64,000 nt of DNA from an uncultured cyanobacterium (GTDB lineage Bacteria; Cyanobacteriota; Cyanobacteriia; PCC-6307; Cyanobiaceae): NCBI GenBank assembly GCA_963697335.1, contig CAVONQ010000007.1, forward strand, positions 64,001 to 128,000. Direction: 5' to 3'. The first letter of the stretch is position 1; each line of letters begins with the position of its first letter. Below the pieces are notes generated by a model. It was not told the DNA's origin. It did not search any database and was given only the letters and a program-made list of their open reading frames with translations. The position numbers and the translations under genes were made by a program. Positions 21,544-34,200 of this stretch are shown in pieces.

Positions 21544-22626
21544 TCAGCCCCAGGTGTCGAGGGGAGGCAGGGGCCGGCCCAAGGCGCTGGGGCAGATCCC
21601 CTCCCGCAGGGCCAGCACCAGGCCGGCGGCCTCGCTGTAGCTGCGCGCCGGCAGCACCTCCAGCCCCAGGGCCGCCCCATCCACCTGCAGCACGCAGGGG
21701 TTCTCCACGGCGATCAGGGGCACACCCCGCTCGGCGCAGGCCAGCACCGCCGCCCCCCCCAGAGCAGCCGCAGGGGCCACCACGGCTCCGATCTGCTCTG
21801 GAAGCAGCAGGGCTGGATCGGCCCAGGCCGGGCGGCCGTTGGTGAGCGGCACCAGGTCGGGCGCCCGACTGAGGCCCACCAGCACGCAGGGGAGGAAGGT
21901 GTGGCCGAGTTCTTCAGCGGCAGCCCTGGGGTCGAGGGCCGGATCCAGAGGCAGGGCAGGCAAGGCGGGAGCATGGGCGCAGGGCAAGCCCAGCTGATCG
22001 GTGAGCAAATGGCTGATCACCGCCTCGGCACCCGCCAGGGCGTCGACACCGGAGCCGCCCCGGTAGGCCGCCAGGGCCTCGCTGTCCCCAGCGTCCGGGA
22101 AGCGCACCACCACGGCAATGGCCGTGGCTCCCGCGGCCCGCAGCCGTTCCGCCCCCTGCAGCAGCAGATCCGGCCGAGCCAGTCCGCCCCAGCTGGCCCC
22201 ACTGGGGCCCCGCTCCAGGCGAACCTGCAACGGCCCGTCGGTGCCCAGCACCGGGCCGATCGTGAGGCCCAGGGTGGCCCGGCAAGCCTGCACCACCTGG
22301 AGATGGCGCTGCAGCAGCTGCTCTTCGATCCCCGCATCAAAGAGGACCCCAACCCGCTGGGCACGAACTGGACGCAGGGCCAGCTCGCCACCAGCGAAGC
22401 GGTCGAGGGCCGCCCCCTCCACATACAGGATGCGGGGGTCCCGCCAATAGAGCGCCGCCCCATTCATCACATTGGGATGGGTGATCAGGCAGCCGCTTGC
22501 CGCTGCCAGCAGTCGGGCGGCGGGCAGGGCATCGCCGGCATAGCCCCCCACCGCGCAGCCGATGCCGGTGGGCACCACGAGCAGGGTGGGCAGCGGCGGC
22601 GACAGCACCGCTTCAGGGGCGATCAC
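21544..22626 (-). CDS. DUF3326-family protein
   Basis: VPTGIGCAVGGYAGDA, THPNVMNGA, GAEAVISH, AHAP. Confidence 0.85.
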   Translation of the reverse strand: MIAPEAVLSPPLPTLLVVPTGIGCAVGGYAGDALPAARLLAAASGCLITHPNVMNGAALYWRDPRILYVEGAALDRFAGGELALRPVRAQRVGVLFDAGIEEQLLQRHLQVVQACRATLGLTIGPVLGTDGPLQVRLERGPSGASWGGLARPDLLLQGAERLRAAGATAIAVVVRFPDAGDSEALAAYRGGSGVDALAGAEAVISHLLTDQLGLPCAHAPALPALPLDPALDPRAAAEELGHTFLPCVLVGLSRAPDLVPLTNGRPAWADPALLLPEQIGAVVAPAAALGGAAVLACAERGVPLIAVENPCVLQVDGAALGLEVLPARSYSEAAGLVLALREGICPSALGRPLPPLDTWG

Positions 22627-22838
22627 GGCTGGCGGGGCTGACCGATGACCACAGCTTCAAGGTCCAGGGCATCGCCGCACACCCCGGTGATGGCCCAGCG
22701 GAGCGGACGGCCGTGCATGGCCAGGGCGGCCAAGACCTGGGGGAGCAGGGGCCCGGGGCTGCGCTGCAACTGCAGCTCGACGGATCTGAGCTCAAGCGAG
22801 CTGGGGGAGACGGGCTCGGCGCTGGATGGGGCACTCAC
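22623..22838 (-). CDS. Small hypothetical protein
   Basis: GRPLRWAIT core; overlaps both neighbours as in an operon. Confidence 0.65.
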   Translation of the reverse strand: MSAPSSAEPVSPSSLELRSVELQLQRSPGPLLPQVLAALAMHGRPLRWAITGVCGDALDLEAVVIGQPRQP

Positions 22839-23167
22839 TTCTGATACTGGCCGAACTGGAGGTCGTAGAGCGCGTCCTCCATGCCGGCGGTGAGGGTCAC
22901 GTCGCTGCTGGGAAAGGACACGCACAGCAGCGCATAGCCCTTCTCCTGCAGCTCCGGCTTCACTCCCATGGCGTCGGGCTGGCGCACCTGGCCCGTGGCG
23001 ATCAGGGCCGCGCAGGTGGTGCAGACCCCGGAGCAGCAGGAACTGGGCAGGGGCACGCCGGCCAGTTCGGCCGCCGCCAGCACCGTCTGGTCGGCTCGAC
23101 AGGGGAAGGTGTGGCTGGTGCCGTCGATCTGAGCAGTGATCGTGAAAGTCTGGGGCGCGTCAGTCAC
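22835..23167 (-). CDS. 2Fe-2S ferredoxin
   Basis: PSSCCSGVCTTC...LLC; start placed at GTG 23167. Confidence 0.92.
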   Translation of the reverse strand: MTDAPQTFTITAQIDGTSHTFPCRADQTVLAAAELAGVPLPSSCCSGVCTTCAALIATGQVRQPDAMGVKPELQEKGYALLCVSFPSSDVTLTAGMEDALYDLQFGQYQK

Positions 23168-23927
23168 GGAGGCGTCCGGCGTCGGGCGGGGATGCCCCAT
23201 CCTCCCAGCCGAGCGGTCCTGAACCCAGATCCTGCCAGTGGCTCGGATGGGGAGCCAGATACTCCGGGGGGGCGGTTCCGGCCGGGGCACTCAGCACGAA
23301 GTCCAGGCTGAGGGAGCAGCGGATGGTGTCGGGGTCGCGGTTCGGCAGCACCGCATGGTCGAGGCTGGCGGGGAACAGCACCAGTAGCCCCGCGCGGGGA
23401 GCCACATCGACCCAGGGAAGGGTCCACGCCGAAGCCAGCAGGGGCCCGTCATGGCCCACGGCCATGCCAGGCACCAGCTCATTGCCGCTGGTCGGCGGAA
23501 ACAGGCGCAGGCAGCCCTGCTGGCCACTGCCATCACCGGTGAAGTAATACACCGCACTCAGATGGGCATTGGGATGGTGGTGGCGGCCCACCACCTGACC
23601 GGCCTCGCTGAGCACGGGCCAGCAGCGCTGCACATGCAGGGCCACCCGCTCCAGCGAGAAACCAAGTTGATTGAGAAAAGCGGCGGCATGGCCACAGAGC
23701 TGTTGCACCAAGGGCGCAAACGTGGCGTGGCGATGTAACTGCCACACCCCCTGCAGATCACCTGTCCAGGCGCAACCAGGATCAGGATTGCTGCAGGCGT
23801 CGCCGCGCAGGGCCAGGAGATCCTGAAGCTGGATAGCCAGATCAAGGGGATCTGGCCGTAGCTGCACCTCACCGAGGGCCACAGGGAAGAGCGGCTTGAG
23901 ATGGAGCTCGGCGCCGGAACGATCCAA
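23160..23927 (-). CDS. Putative 2OG-Fe(II) oxygenase (TIGR02466-like)
   Basis: HHHPNAHLSAVYY, LFPASLDHAV, RCSLS. Confidence 0.8.
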   Translation of the reverse strand: MDRSGAELHLKPLFPVALGEVQLRPDPLDLAIQLQDLLALRGDACSNPDPGCAWTGDLQGVWQLHRHATFAPLVQQLCGHAAAFLNQLGFSLERVALHVQRCWPVLSEAGQVVGRHHHPNAHLSAVYYFTGDGSGQQGCLRLFPPTSGNELVPGMAVGHDGPLLASAWTLPWVDVAPRAGLLVLFPASLDHAVLPNRDPDTIRCSLSLDFVLSAPAGTAPPEYLAPHPSHWQDLGSGPLGWEDGASPPDAGRLRD

Positions 23928-23962
23928 GGGAGCCTGCTGAGAGGGAGACGTGGAAGGTCCCC

Positions 23963-24916
23963 TCAGGCCATGGCGGCCGAGCCACCCACCACTTCGAGAA
24001 TCTCCTGGGTGATGGCGGCCTGGCGAGCTTTGTTGTAGTCCAGCGTCAGGGTCTTGGCGAGAGCCTTGGCATTGTCGCTGGCGTTGTTCATGGCCGTCAT
24101 CCGGCTCGCCAGTTCCGAGGCGGCGGCCTCCTGCAGGGAGCGCAGCAACTGATTCTGCATGTACAGCGGCAGCAGAGCGTTCAGCAACTGCTCGGGGCTC
24201 TGGTCAAAGACGATGTCCGAGGGCAGGGAAGGGGCGACGTTGCTGGCGCTACCCGCTTCCACCACCAGGCGACCCTCACGGGTGGTGAGCCTGAACATCT
24301 CATCCTCTGGGGTGGCAATCCCCTGGGAATCGAGGGGCAGCAGCGTCTGAATAACAGGCCTGGAGCTCACCAGGTTGATGAACTTGGTGAAGATAATTTC
24401 CACCCGGTCGGTAGAGGCGGAGAGGAATTCCGCCAGGATTTCGTTTGAAATCGCCATGGCCTCATCGGCACTAGGCACCTGCTCAAGGCCAGTAAACGTG
24501 GCCCGAATGGTGTAGAGGCTGGCGCGATTCTGGAAGTAGGTGATGGCCTTGCGGCCGATCAGAACCAGATCCACCTTGAAGCCCTGGCCCACCAGCTCAG
24601 CGTGGCGCAGTTCCGTGCGCTTGATGATGTTGGCGTTGTAGCCACCGCAGAGCCCACGATCACCTGTGACGGCCAGCAGGGTGATCTGATCCACGGGGCG
24701 GGACTCCAGCAGGGGAGCATCCACATCTTCGAAGCGCATGCGCGACTGGAGATTTTCCAGGACGCGGGCCAGGCGATCGGCAAAGGGGCGACTGCGCAGG
24801 ACCTGGTCCTGGGCGCGACGCACCTTGGCAGCAGCCACGAGACGCATGGCCTCGGTGATCTTGCGGGTGTTCTTGACAGAACTGATGCGGTCGCGGATTT
24901 CCTTGAGGTTGGCCAT
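23963..24916 (-). CDS. atpG: ATP synthase F1 subunit gamma
   Basis: [30 protein letters not shown]. Confidence 0.98.
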   Translation of the reverse strand: MANLKEIRDRISSVKNTRKITEAMRLVAAAKVRRAQDQVLRSRPFADRLARVLENLQSRMRFEDVDAPLLESRPVDQITLLAVTGDRGLCGGYNANIIKRTELRHAELVGQGFKVDLVLIGRKAITYFQNRASLYTIRATFTGLEQVPSADEAMAISNEILAEFLSASTDRVEIIFTKFINLVSSRPVIQTLLPLDSQGIATPEDEMFRLTTREGRLVVEAGSASNVAPSLPSDIVFDQSPEQLLNALLPLYMQNQLLRSLQEAAASELASRMTAMNNASDNAKALAKTLTLDYNKARQAAITQEILEVVGGSAAMA

Positions 24917-24934
24917 GGTTTTGTTTCCTCCTGC

Positions 24935-26452
24935 TCAGATCGAGGCCAACATGGTGGATTTCACTTCAGTGATGGCGTCCTTGAGCATGGCTTCCGCCTC
25001 TTCGCTGAGCACCTTCTCGGTTAGCACCTTGGAGATGTAGTCGGGCTTGTTGGACTTGAGGTACTCACGCAGTTCGCGACAGAACTGGACAACCCCATCC
25101 ACTGGAACCTCATCAATCAGGCCCTTCACACCGGCGTAAACGACAGCCACCTGCTCCGCAAGGTTCAGCGGGCTGAACTGCGGCTGCTTGAGGATTTCGC
25201 GCAGCCGCTTGCCCCGGCCCAGCTGCGCCTGGGTAGCAGCATCCAGGTCAGATGCGAACTGAGAAAAAGCTGCCAGTTCATCGAACTGAGCCAACTCGAG
25301 CTTGAGGGTGCCGGCAATTTTCTTGATGGCCTTGGTCTGGGCAGCACCCCCCACTCGACTCACCGAGATGCCCACGTTGATGGCAGGGCGGAGGCCGGAG
25401 TTGAACAAGTCGGAGCTGAGGAACACCTGGCCATCGGTGATCGAGATCACATTGGTGGGGATATACGCCGATACGTCGCCAGCCTGGGTCTCAATGATCG
25501 GCAGCGCAGTCATCGAGCCCTTGCCCATGGCATCAGAGAGCTTGGCGGCGCGCTCAAGCAGGCGGCTGTGGCAGTAGAAAACATCGCCGGGGTAGGCCTC
25601 GCGGCCGGGAGGCCGGCGGAGCAGGAGGGACATCTGGCGATAGGCCTGGGCCTGCTTGGTGAGGTCGTCATAGATCACCAGGGTGGCCTTGCCCTTGTAC
25701 ATGAAGTATTCGGCCAGAGCTGCACCGGTGTAGGGAGCCAGGTATTGCATCGCGGCCGCCTCAGAGGCACTGGCACAAACCACGATCGTGTAGTCGAGGG
25801 CGCCTTTTTCACGAAGGACATCGACCACATTGGCCACAGAGGCATTCTTCTGGCCAATCGCCACATAAACGCAGACCACATCTTGGCCCTTCTGGTTGAT
25901 GATCGTGTCGATCGCGATGGCGGTCTTGCCAGTCTGACGGTCACCGATGATCAGCTCGCGCTGGCCGCGACCAATGGGGATCATCGCGTCAATCGCGGTA
26001 ATGCCGGTCTGCAAGGGCTCATGCACCGACTTGCGCTCGATGATGCCAGGCGCCATCGACTCGATCAGGCGGGATTCGGTGCTAGCAATGTCCCCTTTGC
26101 CATCGATCGGCTGACCAAGGGAGTTGACCACCCGGCCGAGCATGGCGTCACCCACCGGCACGGAGGCGATCTTGCCGGTGGCCTTAACGGTGCTGCCCTC
26201 CTGGATGCCACGGCCCTCGCCCATCAGCACAACGCCGACGTTGTCATCCTCAAGGTTGAGAGCAATCCCCTCGGTGCCATCCTCAAACTCAACCAGTTCG
26301 CCGGCCATGGCCTGCTGCAGGCCGTAGACGCGGGCGATGCCGTCGCCGATCTGCAGCACGGAGCCGACGTTGTTGACGGCCACCGACTTGTCGTAGTCCT
26401 CAATCTGCTGCTTGAGGATGGCGCTGATCTCGTCAGGACGGATGGAAACCAT
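24935..26452 (-). CDS. atpA: ATP synthase F1 subunit alpha
   Basis: [18 protein letters not shown]. Confidence 0.99.
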   Translation of the reverse strand: MVSIRPDEISAILKQQIEDYDKSVAVNNVGSVLQIGDGIARVYGLQQAMAGELVEFEDGTEGIALNLEDDNVGVVLMGEGRGIQEGSTVKATGKIASVPVGDAMLGRVVNSLGQPIDGKGDIASTESRLIESMAPGIIERKSVHEPLQTGITAIDAMIPIGRGQRELIIGDRQTGKTAIAIDTIINQKGQDVVCVYVAIGQKNASVANVVDVLREKGALDYTIVVCASASEAAAMQYLAPYTGAALAEYFMYKGKATLVIYDDLTKQAQAYRQMSLLLRRPPGREAYPGDVFYCHSRLLERAAKLSDAMGKGSMTALPIIETQAGDVSAYIPTNVISITDGQVFLSSDLFNSGLRPAINVGISVSRVGGAAQTKAIKKIAGTLKLELAQFDELAAFSQFASDLDAATQAQLGRGKRLREILKQPQFSPLNLAEQVAVVYAGVKGLIDEVPVDGVVQFCRELREYLKSNKPDYISKVLTEKVLSEEAEAMLKDAITEVKSTMLASI

Positions 26453-26541
26453 GGGAGAAATCCCCGCAGGGGGAATGGAGGGAACTGGGGGGAGAGTGAT
26501 GGGGAGGGAGCGGCGACTCCCGAGGAAGAGCGGGCTGGGTC

Positions 26542-27090
26542 CTAGCCGACCTTGGCCAGGGCAAGACCGAGGCGCCGGACCTGGCCGGAAAGGCTGGCGT
26601 CGACCACCTGGGAGCCCACACTGACGATGAAACCGCCGATCAGGGCGGGGTCGATCTGCAGATCAACCTCGACGGCCTCGGTGCCAGCCAGGGCCTGCAC
26701 CTTGGCGGTGAGCTGCTGCTGCTGCTCTTCGCTCAGCGGCGTAGCCGAGGTGACGGTGGCCTTGGCGATGTTGCGCAGCTCGCGGTAGAGCTCAAGGAAG
26801 CGCATCAGCACCGCATCGAGCACGGCGATGCGCTGACGATCAGCCAGCACTTTGAGCAGATTCTGGAGCGAGGCCTCGGTCTGGTCCTTGAACAGAGCGT
26901 CCAAGGCCGCCTTCTTGGCCTCAGGCTCAAGCACCGGTGAGGCCATGGCCTCCCGCAGCTGGGAGGAGGCCTTCCAGATGGCCAGGAGGTCACGGGCCTG
27001 TTCAGCCACCTTGTCGGTTTCTTCTCGAGCCTCGGTGACCTGCAGCAGGGCCTCGGCATAGGGGCTGGCCAGAGTATTGAGCAGAGGCAT
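26542..27090 (-). CDS. atpH: ATP synthase F1 subunit delta
   Basis: PYAEAL, LIGG, DASL; operon position. Confidence 0.96.
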   Translation of the reverse strand: MPLLNTLASPYAEALLQVTEAREETDKVAEQARDLLAIWKASSQLREAMASPVLEPEAKKAALDALFKDQTEASLQNLLKVLADRQRIAVLDAVLMRFLELYRELRNIAKATVTSATPLSEEQQQQLTAKVQALAGTEAVEVDLQIDPALIGGFIVSVGSQVVDASLSGQVRRLGLALAKVG

Positions 27091-27611
27091 CAGGCGTTCC
27101 CCAGTTTCTGGATGGACTGATCGATCAGACGGGCCTGGGCAGAGGCATCGAGCTTGCCGGGCAGGCAGGCGAGGGCCCTGTCGATCGCCTGCTGGGCGGC
27201 TTCCCGGCGCAGACCTTCGCTGACCCTGGAGGCCTCGGCATCCAGATCGGCCATGGCGCCCTGCTTGAGCCGGGCCATCTCATCAATGGTGCGGGCCTCA
27301 CTCTCAGCCCGAATGGCGACTGCCCGGGCCTTGCCATCCAAGCGAATCTGCTCGGCCTTCTGCTGAGCTGCGGCGAGGGCGCCTTGGGCCTCAGCCAGAC
27401 TGGCGTTGGCCTGGCTCAGGCGTTGCTCGGCATCGTCGAGGTCACTGAGGATGGCAGCCCTGCGGCGCTCCAGAATCCCGCCCAGGAAACTGGGAAGGAA
27501 CTTCCAGAGGGCGGCGATCACGATCACCAGGTTGATGATGTTGGTCTCGAACAGATCGAGGTTCAGACCAAAGCCGCCGTGGCTGGCGAAAAGAGGGAGC
27601 ATGGAGGTCAT
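27090..27611 (-). CDS. atpF: ATP synthase F0 subunit b
   Basis: [11 protein letters not shown] plus coiled coil. Confidence 0.95.
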   Translation of the reverse strand: MTSMLPLFASHGGFGLNLDLFETNIINLVIVIAALWKFLPSFLGGILERRRAAILSDLDDAEQRLSQANASLAEAQGALAAAQQKAEQIRLDGKARAVAIRAESEARTIDEMARLKQGAMADLDAEASRVSEGLRREAAQQAIDRALACLPGKLDASAQARLIDQSIQKLGNA

Positions 27612-28081
27612 GGCGCGGGGGCCAGCAGACGGGAGACGATCAGATCGGCCAGGCCGTCGGACTCGCCAGTCAGGCGGGCGAGTGCCTGATCCCGCTGGGC
27701 ATCGATCTCACGACGGGCCTCTTCTCGCTGGGCGTTGGCCTCGGCAGTCGCCGCAGCCAGGGCGGAGCGATAGAGCTGGTCCATCTCCTGCTCGGCTTCG
27801 ACGATCAGCTGCTGGGCCTGTTGACGGGCCTCCTTGAGCTGCTCGCGCAGGTCGCCCTCCAGCCGCTCAACCTGGGCAAGCTTCTGCTTGGCGTCGGCAC
27901 GACTGGTGCTGATGAAGCCTTCGCGCTCCTCAACGGCCCGGCCAACGGGACGGAAGAACAGCGAGTTGAGGATGAAGGTGAGGAGGACCACCTGCACAGC
28001 CATCAGCGGCAAGGTGGCGTCGAGGTCGAAGAGACCTCCCTCGGGTGTGCCTGCTTCGGCGAGCAGAAGCCAGCTGGTCAT
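27608..28081 (-). CDS. atpF2: ATP synthase F0 subunit b'
   Basis: [16 protein letters not shown]. Confidence 0.95.
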   Translation of the reverse strand: MTSWLLLAEAGTPEGGLFDLDATLPLMAVQVVLLTFILNSLFFRPVGRAVEEREGFISTSRADAKQKLAQVERLEGDLREQLKEARQQAQQLIVEAEQEMDQLYRSALAAATAEANAQREEARREIDAQRDQALARLTGESDGLADLIVSRLLAPAP

Positions 28082-28134
28082 GGGAATCGATGCGCTGGAG
28101 GGATCGGGATGGGAAAGGGGGCCGAGCTGCCAGG

Positions 28135-28159
28135 CGGTAGGGGAATGAAACCCCTACCG
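28135..28159 (-). terminator. Hairpin immediately downstream of atpE
   Basis: CGGTAGGGG-aatgaaa-CCCCTACCG, 9-bp perfect stem. Confidence 0.6.
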
Positions 28160-28179
28160 ACCGTCCACTCAGAGGCCGA

Positions 28180-28590
<411 letters not shown>

Positions 28591-29319
28591 CTAGTGGTGC
28601 TCCTCGTGGACCGCTTCACCGATGTAGTAAGCGGCAAGGGTGGCAAAGATCAGAGCCTGGATTGCGCTGGTGAACAGGCCCAGGAACATCGCCGGAAGCG
28701 GCACCAGCAGGGGAACCAGGAAAGCCAGCACGGCAACCACGAGTTCGTCGGCCAGGATATTACCGAAAAGTCGGAAAGAGAGCGAAAGTGGCTTAGTGAA
28801 ATCCTCGACAATCTTGAAGGGGAGCATGATCGGCGTGGGCTCCACGTAATACTCGAAGTAACGCAGCCCTTTGCGGCTCAGGCCCGCGTAGAAGTAAGCG
28901 AGCGACACCAGCAGTGCCAGCGCAATGGTGGTGTTGATGTCGGCGGTCGGGGCGCCAAGCTCGCCGCTGGGCAGGTGAATGAGCTTCCAGGGAACCAGCG
29001 CTCCTCCCCAGTTGCTCACGAAGATGAACAGGAACAGCGTGCCGATGAAGGGCATCCAGTCTCGGTAGGCCCGTTCACCGATCTGTTCCCGGGAGAGGTC
29101 GCGGATGTAATCCCACAGAAACTCCAGCAGGTTCTGGGTGCCGCGTGGGTCACGCTCGAGCTTGCGCGTTCCTGCGATCACGAGGGCCAAAAGGGCACCG
29201 ATCACGACCCACGAGCTCAGGAACACCTGACCATGGATCTTGAGGTTGCCCAGCTGCCAGTAGAGGTGTTGACCCACCTCAAGCTCGGCGAAAGGAAGAA
29301 CGGAAGGCAGCGCAAGCAT
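28591..29319 (-). CDS. atpB: ATP synthase F0 subunit a
   Basis: [21 protein letters not shown]. Confidence 0.98.
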   Translation of the reverse strand: MLALPSVLPFAELEVGQHLYWQLGNLKIHGQVFLSSWVVIGALLALVIAGTRKLERDPRGTQNLLEFLWDYIRDLSREQIGERAYRDWMPFIGTLFLFIFVSNWGGALVPWKLIHLPSGELGAPTADINTTIALALLVSLAYFYAGLSRKGLRYFEYYVEPTPIMLPFKIVEDFTKPLSLSFRLFGNILADELVVAVLAFLVPLLVPLPAMFLGLFTSAIQALIFATLAAYYIGEAVHEEHH

Positions 29320-29344
29320 CGGGGGGATCAGGGGGACGGAGAAT

Positions 29345-29827
29345 TCAGGTGTCGAGCACGGCCTGCAGGATCACTGCGGGCTTGTAGAGCAGAAACCCCA
29401 GGAAAGCAGGCAGCAGATCCAGCTGGGGCAGGCGGCAGGCTGCCAGCACGAGCAGAATGGGCACGAGCAGCTGGGCCTTGCCCATGCCGCGTCGCTCACC
29501 ACCCAGCCGGGTGACGCTGCGCCCGAGCAGGCGCAGATAGAGGAGGGCGGCCGTAGCCCCCACCAGCACAGCGAGGGCTGCGCTCCAGCTCACCAGCAGA
29601 CCGGTGGCCAGGACGGCCACAGCGCTGAGCAACAGGGTGAACTGCTGCAGCTTCACTTGGAGCCGGTAATACTCGGCCATGCCGTTGTCCGGCTCAGCAG
29701 CAAACGGCTGGGGCGATTGCCCGTCAGCAGCAGGGTCCACGTCCCCTGCCGGCTGGACGGGATCAACCGGTCCTGTCACCTGATCAGCCAAGGGCTGCCC
29801 AGGCAGGCAAGGTGGAGAAACCGACAA
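29345..29827 (-). CDS. atpI: ATP synthase protein I (Atp1)
   Basis: First gene of operon, four TM segments, GFLLYKPA; start uncertain. Confidence 0.85.
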   Translation of the reverse strand: MSVSPPCLPGQPLADQVTGPVDPVQPAGDVDPAADGQSPQPFAAEPDNGMAEYYRLQVKLQQFTLLLSAVAVLATGLLVSWSAALAVLVGATAALLYLRLLGRSVTRLGGERRGMGKAQLLVPILLVLAACRLPQLDLLPAFLGFLLYKPAVILQAVLDT

Positions 29828-29860
29828 CCGAGCCGACCCTAAGAAAGCGCGCGGAATCTA

Positions 29861-31111
29861 TCACGCAGCCCCAGAAGCCAGTGGTAGCAATACCCGGGCG
29901 GCCAACAGCTCCCGGGCGGCGCCCAGCCTGCGCTGCTCCAATGAAGCGATTGTGTCGTCCGTCGAACTGGCTGTCGAGCTGTCCACAGGCAAGGCACCGA
30001 TCGCCGTGCCCAGGGGGGCGGCCTCCAGGGCCTGCATCAGGGCCAGGGCCTCGCTGCTGAGGCTCAGGGGCATCAGATCCGGATCGAGCAGCTCCGTGGA
30101 GGGCCAGCCCCAGAGGCAGCGGTTGCGGATGCCGCCAGCCGCCAGCAGAGCTCCATCGTCATCCCAGCAGGGGGTGGGCAGCGCCCCCTGGGAGAGAAAG
30201 AACTCGAAGTGGCTGATCTCAGGGTCCAGATCCTCCACCAGGGCCCAACGCTCCAACTCCGGCAAGGCCTGGGCCCTCTCCAGAAGTTCGCCGCCCAGCA
30301 ACCGGGCCGGGTCCCAGACGGGCGGATTGGAGAAGCCGGCAAACGAGAGCTCCGCGCTCTGCACGAAGGCCATCAACCGCTCCAGGTTGTAGCTGGTCTC
30401 CTGGGGATGCAGGTACATGTCGGCGAAGTTGGCCTCGGCCGCGGTGTCGAGGGCCCAGCGCTGCTCATGGTGCCGCCGCAGCCGGTTGGTCTCGGGCAGG
30501 TCGGCGAAGAGCTGACGACCGAGCCGCAGCCCCGCGCTGCCGCTGCCCACCCCCAGACGGCCGAGGCTGCGCTGGATCCGGTGGATTTCCCAACGCCCGC
30601 CATCGGCATACAGGAACAGATGCAGGAGGCCGCCCGGCCTGAGCAGGCCCGCCAGGGCCTTCAGCCCGGCCTCCGGCTGGCGCAGGTGATGGAGCACACC
30701 CACCGAATTGATGTAGTCGAAGGGCCCCTCGCCGGCCAGGTCGAGCAGGCTGCGCTGCTCGATGCGCAGCTCCCTGACCTGCTGGGCGGCGCCGGAGCGG
30801 CGGGTGCGCTCCCGGGCCACGTCCAGGGCACCGGCACTGATGTCCACCGCCAGCACTGACGAGCCCGGGTTGAGATGGCACAGGTAGTCGGTGCTCACCC
30901 CAGTGCCGCAGCCGGCGTCCAGGATCCGCCAGGCCCGCCGGCCTGAGGGCCCAGGCGGCGGCAGGGCACCGGTGGCGGCCACCCAGGCGCTGTCGACACA
31001 CCAACGCCAGTTGTATCCAGGCGGAGGGCCGTCCTGGAGCGGATCGGCTGGGTAGGGGAAACGGTCGTAGAAGGCGCTCACCACAGGGGTGGCGGCATCA
31101 CTGGCGGACAC
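29861..31111 (-). CDS. Class I SAM-dependent methyltransferase
   Basis: FYDRFPYP, ILDAGCGTG, GVLHHL; start uncertain. Confidence 0.88.
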   Translation of the reverse strand: MSASDAATPVVSAFYDRFPYPADPLQDGPPPGYNWRWCVDSAWVAATGALPPPGPSGRRAWRILDAGCGTGVSTDYLCHLNPGSSVLAVDISAGALDVARERTRRSGAAQQVRELRIEQRSLLDLAGEGPFDYINSVGVLHHLRQPEAGLKALAGLLRPGGLLHLFLYADGGRWEIHRIQRSLGRLGVGSGSAGLRLGRQLFADLPETNRLRRHHEQRWALDTAAEANFADMYLHPQETSYNLERLMAFVQSAELSFAGFSNPPVWDPARLLGGELLERAQALPELERWALVEDLDPEISHFEFFLSQGALPTPCWDDDGALLAAGGIRNRCLWGWPSTELLDPDLMPLSLSSEALALMQALEAAPLGTAIGALPVDSSTASSTDDTIASLEQRRLGAARELLAARVLLPLASGAA

Positions 31112-31261
31112 GGCAGCAGGGCGATCTGGCGGCGAGCATTTCACGGCGGCCGCAGCGTCGGGCTCGTACCGGGGCTGCCGGGGCTGCAAACATTTGTTCA
31201 ACAGGTCCCGGTGCTCCTGGCACCGAGCCGTAGGTTGGCGCGGCCCGGTTCGCTCTCGTCA

Positions 31262-34200
31262 ATGACCGTGACCGCCAGCAGCGGCAGCACCAGGGTTGCT
31301 CCCCAGCGCTACGACACCCTGCCGCTGTCCAGCGTCCGTCAGGCGGAGCAGGAAGACCGCTTCCCGGATGGGGGGGAACTGAACAACCTGGTCACGTTCT
31401 TTCAGAGCGGCCAGAGGCGGGTGGAGGCAGCCCGTCGCATTTCGGACAATGCCGACTTCATCGTGGCCAAGGCGGCCAACAGGATCTTCTCGGGTGGCAC
31501 ACCGCTCTCCTACCTGGATGCGCCCCTCAGTCCTGCGGCCCGGTCGGGCAGCCAGACCGCTGTCCTGGCCAGTGATCAGGCCGCCTTCCGCCGTTCGGTC
31601 GAAACCTACGCAGGGGCCAGCGGCAGCAGCGGCCGCGGCAACCTGATCAGCCGCCTGCTGGAGGGAGCTGGCGGCGACGCCGACGTGCGCGTGGTGCTGC
31701 CGACCGGCTTCTCGCCGATTGCGGTGGGTCTTTACGGCACCGCCAGGATGCGGAAATCGATCCGCGACCTGGCCTGGTTCCTTCGCTACGTGGGCTACGC
31801 CCTGGTGGCCGGCGACCCCAGCATCCTGGCCGTCAACACCCGCGGCCTCCGCGATGTGCTGGAAAAGGCCTGCTCCTTGACAGCCACCAATGTGGCCCTG
31901 CAGGAAATGCGGGCGGCCTCGGCCGGCCTGTTCAAGGGCGAGCCTGACACCCGCCAGCTGGTGATCCAGTATTTCAATGTGCTCATCGCCGAGCTGGCGA
32001 TTCCCACGCCCTCGGCACGCCAGCGACTGGGCAGCCCCGTGAGCCAGGGCCTGCAGCTCCCCGCCACCTACGCCCTCGGCGCCCAGGGCAAGGCCTTGCG
32101 CTTCGTGATGAAGCCGGCCATGACCGGTGCCCAGAAGGCCGAGGTGATCCGGGCGGCCTACCGCCAGGTGTTCGAGCGCGACATCGCCAAGGGCTACGGC
32201 CAGGAGGTGTGCTCCGTAGAGGCCACCCAGACGCGCCAGGGCCAGCTCTCGATGCGCGAGTTCATCCGCGCCCTCGGCCGCAGCCGCGACTACCAGAAGC
32301 AGTTCTACGGCCGCTTTTCCAACAGCCGGGCCGTGGAGCTGGCTTTCCGCCACTTCCTTGGCAGGGGCCTGAGCTCGAGAGAAGAGTTCACCGCCTATTT
32401 CGACATCGTCAGCGCCCAGGGCCTTCCCGGTCTGGTCGACTGCCTGGTGAACTCGATGGAGTACGCCAGGGTCTTTGGTGAGGAGACCGTTCCCTACCTG
32501 CGTGACCTCGGCGAGGAAGCCCAGGAAAGCGCCGGCTGGGGTTCGAACCGCAAGCTCTTCCGCTTCAGCGCGCCCTTTGAGGGAGCGCCCCAGTACGTCA
32601 CCCTCTACGCCTCCTACCGCCAGCCCTATCCCGATCAGCACCCCTACGGTGGCAGCAACGATCCGCTGGGCCTCACCTACGGCGCCATCTTCCCTTCCAG
32701 CACCGCCAAGGTGGCCACCCGTCCCGCCCCGTTTGGCTACGACAGTCGTCGCATCCTGATCGGCAATGGGCTGAACCAGCCCGGCCAGATGGACAGCCGC
32801 CAGTTCCGCAAGGCAGTTCCCCGGCGGGTCGGCCCCAAGGTGGTGCGACTGCAGCAGATCGCCACTGGTGGCAACTCCGTGCCCCGCCGCGGCGGCCAGC
32901 CCAGTATTCGCGGCACCGAAGCCAGCACCCAGGCCGTGATCAATGCGGTGTACGTGCAGGTGCTCGGCAACGCCGGCTATGCCGGCGAGCGCAACAAGGT
33001 GGAAGAGATCAAGCTGGAGAACGGCGACATCAGCCTGAGGGAGTTTGTGCGGCAGGTGGCCCGCTCCAACGCCTTCCGCCGGCGCTACTGGAGCGGCCTC
33101 TACATCACCAAGGCCATTGAGGTGATGCACCGCCGGCTGCTGGGCCGCCCCAGCTTCGGCCGCTGGGAAATCGATGCCTACTTCGACACGGCAGCCCGCC
33201 AGGGTTTCTACGGCGTCGTCGACGCCATGCTGAACAGCCGGGAATACAACGACTGCTTCGGCGAGGACACGGTTCCCTTTGAGCGGTTCGTCACACCGGC
33301 CGATCGCACCGCCCGCAAGGTACCTGGCCTGAACCGGCCCTTCAACGCTGCCGCGTACCCGGACCTCACTCCCACCAAGCGCCCTGAGGTGGCTCCGCCC
33401 CTGGCCGTCCGCACCGTGGGCGACATCACCCCGCGCAACCTGCCGCAGCGCAGCGACGTCATCCGCGGCGGCTGGAGCGCCAAGATTGTCGGCGGCGAGG
33501 TCAACCGTCCAGTCGGCCCCCAGTCGGCCAGCGCCAGTGTCCGCCAGCAGCCTGCGCCGCAACGCACCTGGCGTGCTCCCGGCGTCAATGCCCTCTGGAG
33601 CACCCCCGGTGGCCAGGGATTGGCGAGCCCCTCTGCAGCCCCGGCTCCGGTCGCCGGTGTCTGGAGCAAGGCCGTTGGTGGCAACCTGGCGGCTGCGCCG
33701 GCCCTGCAGCCTGGAGAGGCGATGCAACGGGCCCTGCGTCCCGGCCAGCCCCAGGGGTTTCGCCGACGTCAGGGGCTCGGACGTCCTGTTCGCGTCGGCC
33801 GCACCGCCAGCGAGGCCCAGGTTCAGGAAGCTGTCACCAGCACCTACCGCCAACTGCTCAACCGCATTCCCCTGGCCTTCGAGCGCCTCAAGGATGCCGA
33901 GTCCCAGTTTCGCAACGTCCAGCTGACGACTGCCGAATTCGTGGCTCAGGTGGCCACCGGTGAGTTGTTCCAGCAGCGGCTCAACCGCATGGCACCGCTG
34001 CGGGCTGCTTCAGCGGCCTACCTGGCGCTGCTGGGACGGGCAGCCCAGCCCCAGGAAGTGAGCCGTTATCTCGCCACGAGGGCCGCCTCCGGTCAGGTCG
34101 CGGCAGTCGAGGAGTTGCTGAACAGCCAGGACTACGCCCAGGCCTTCGGCCAGGACACCGTTCCCTATGTGCGAGGCCTGGCCACAGCGGATGGCATTCC

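Noticed and set aside
31259..33853. 864-aa ORF antisense to apcE (likewise 17341-19851, 2716-3993, 49662-50969 and others)
   Set aside because: Shadow ORFs expected from high GC3; no motifs, and they overlap well-supported genes on the opposite strand.
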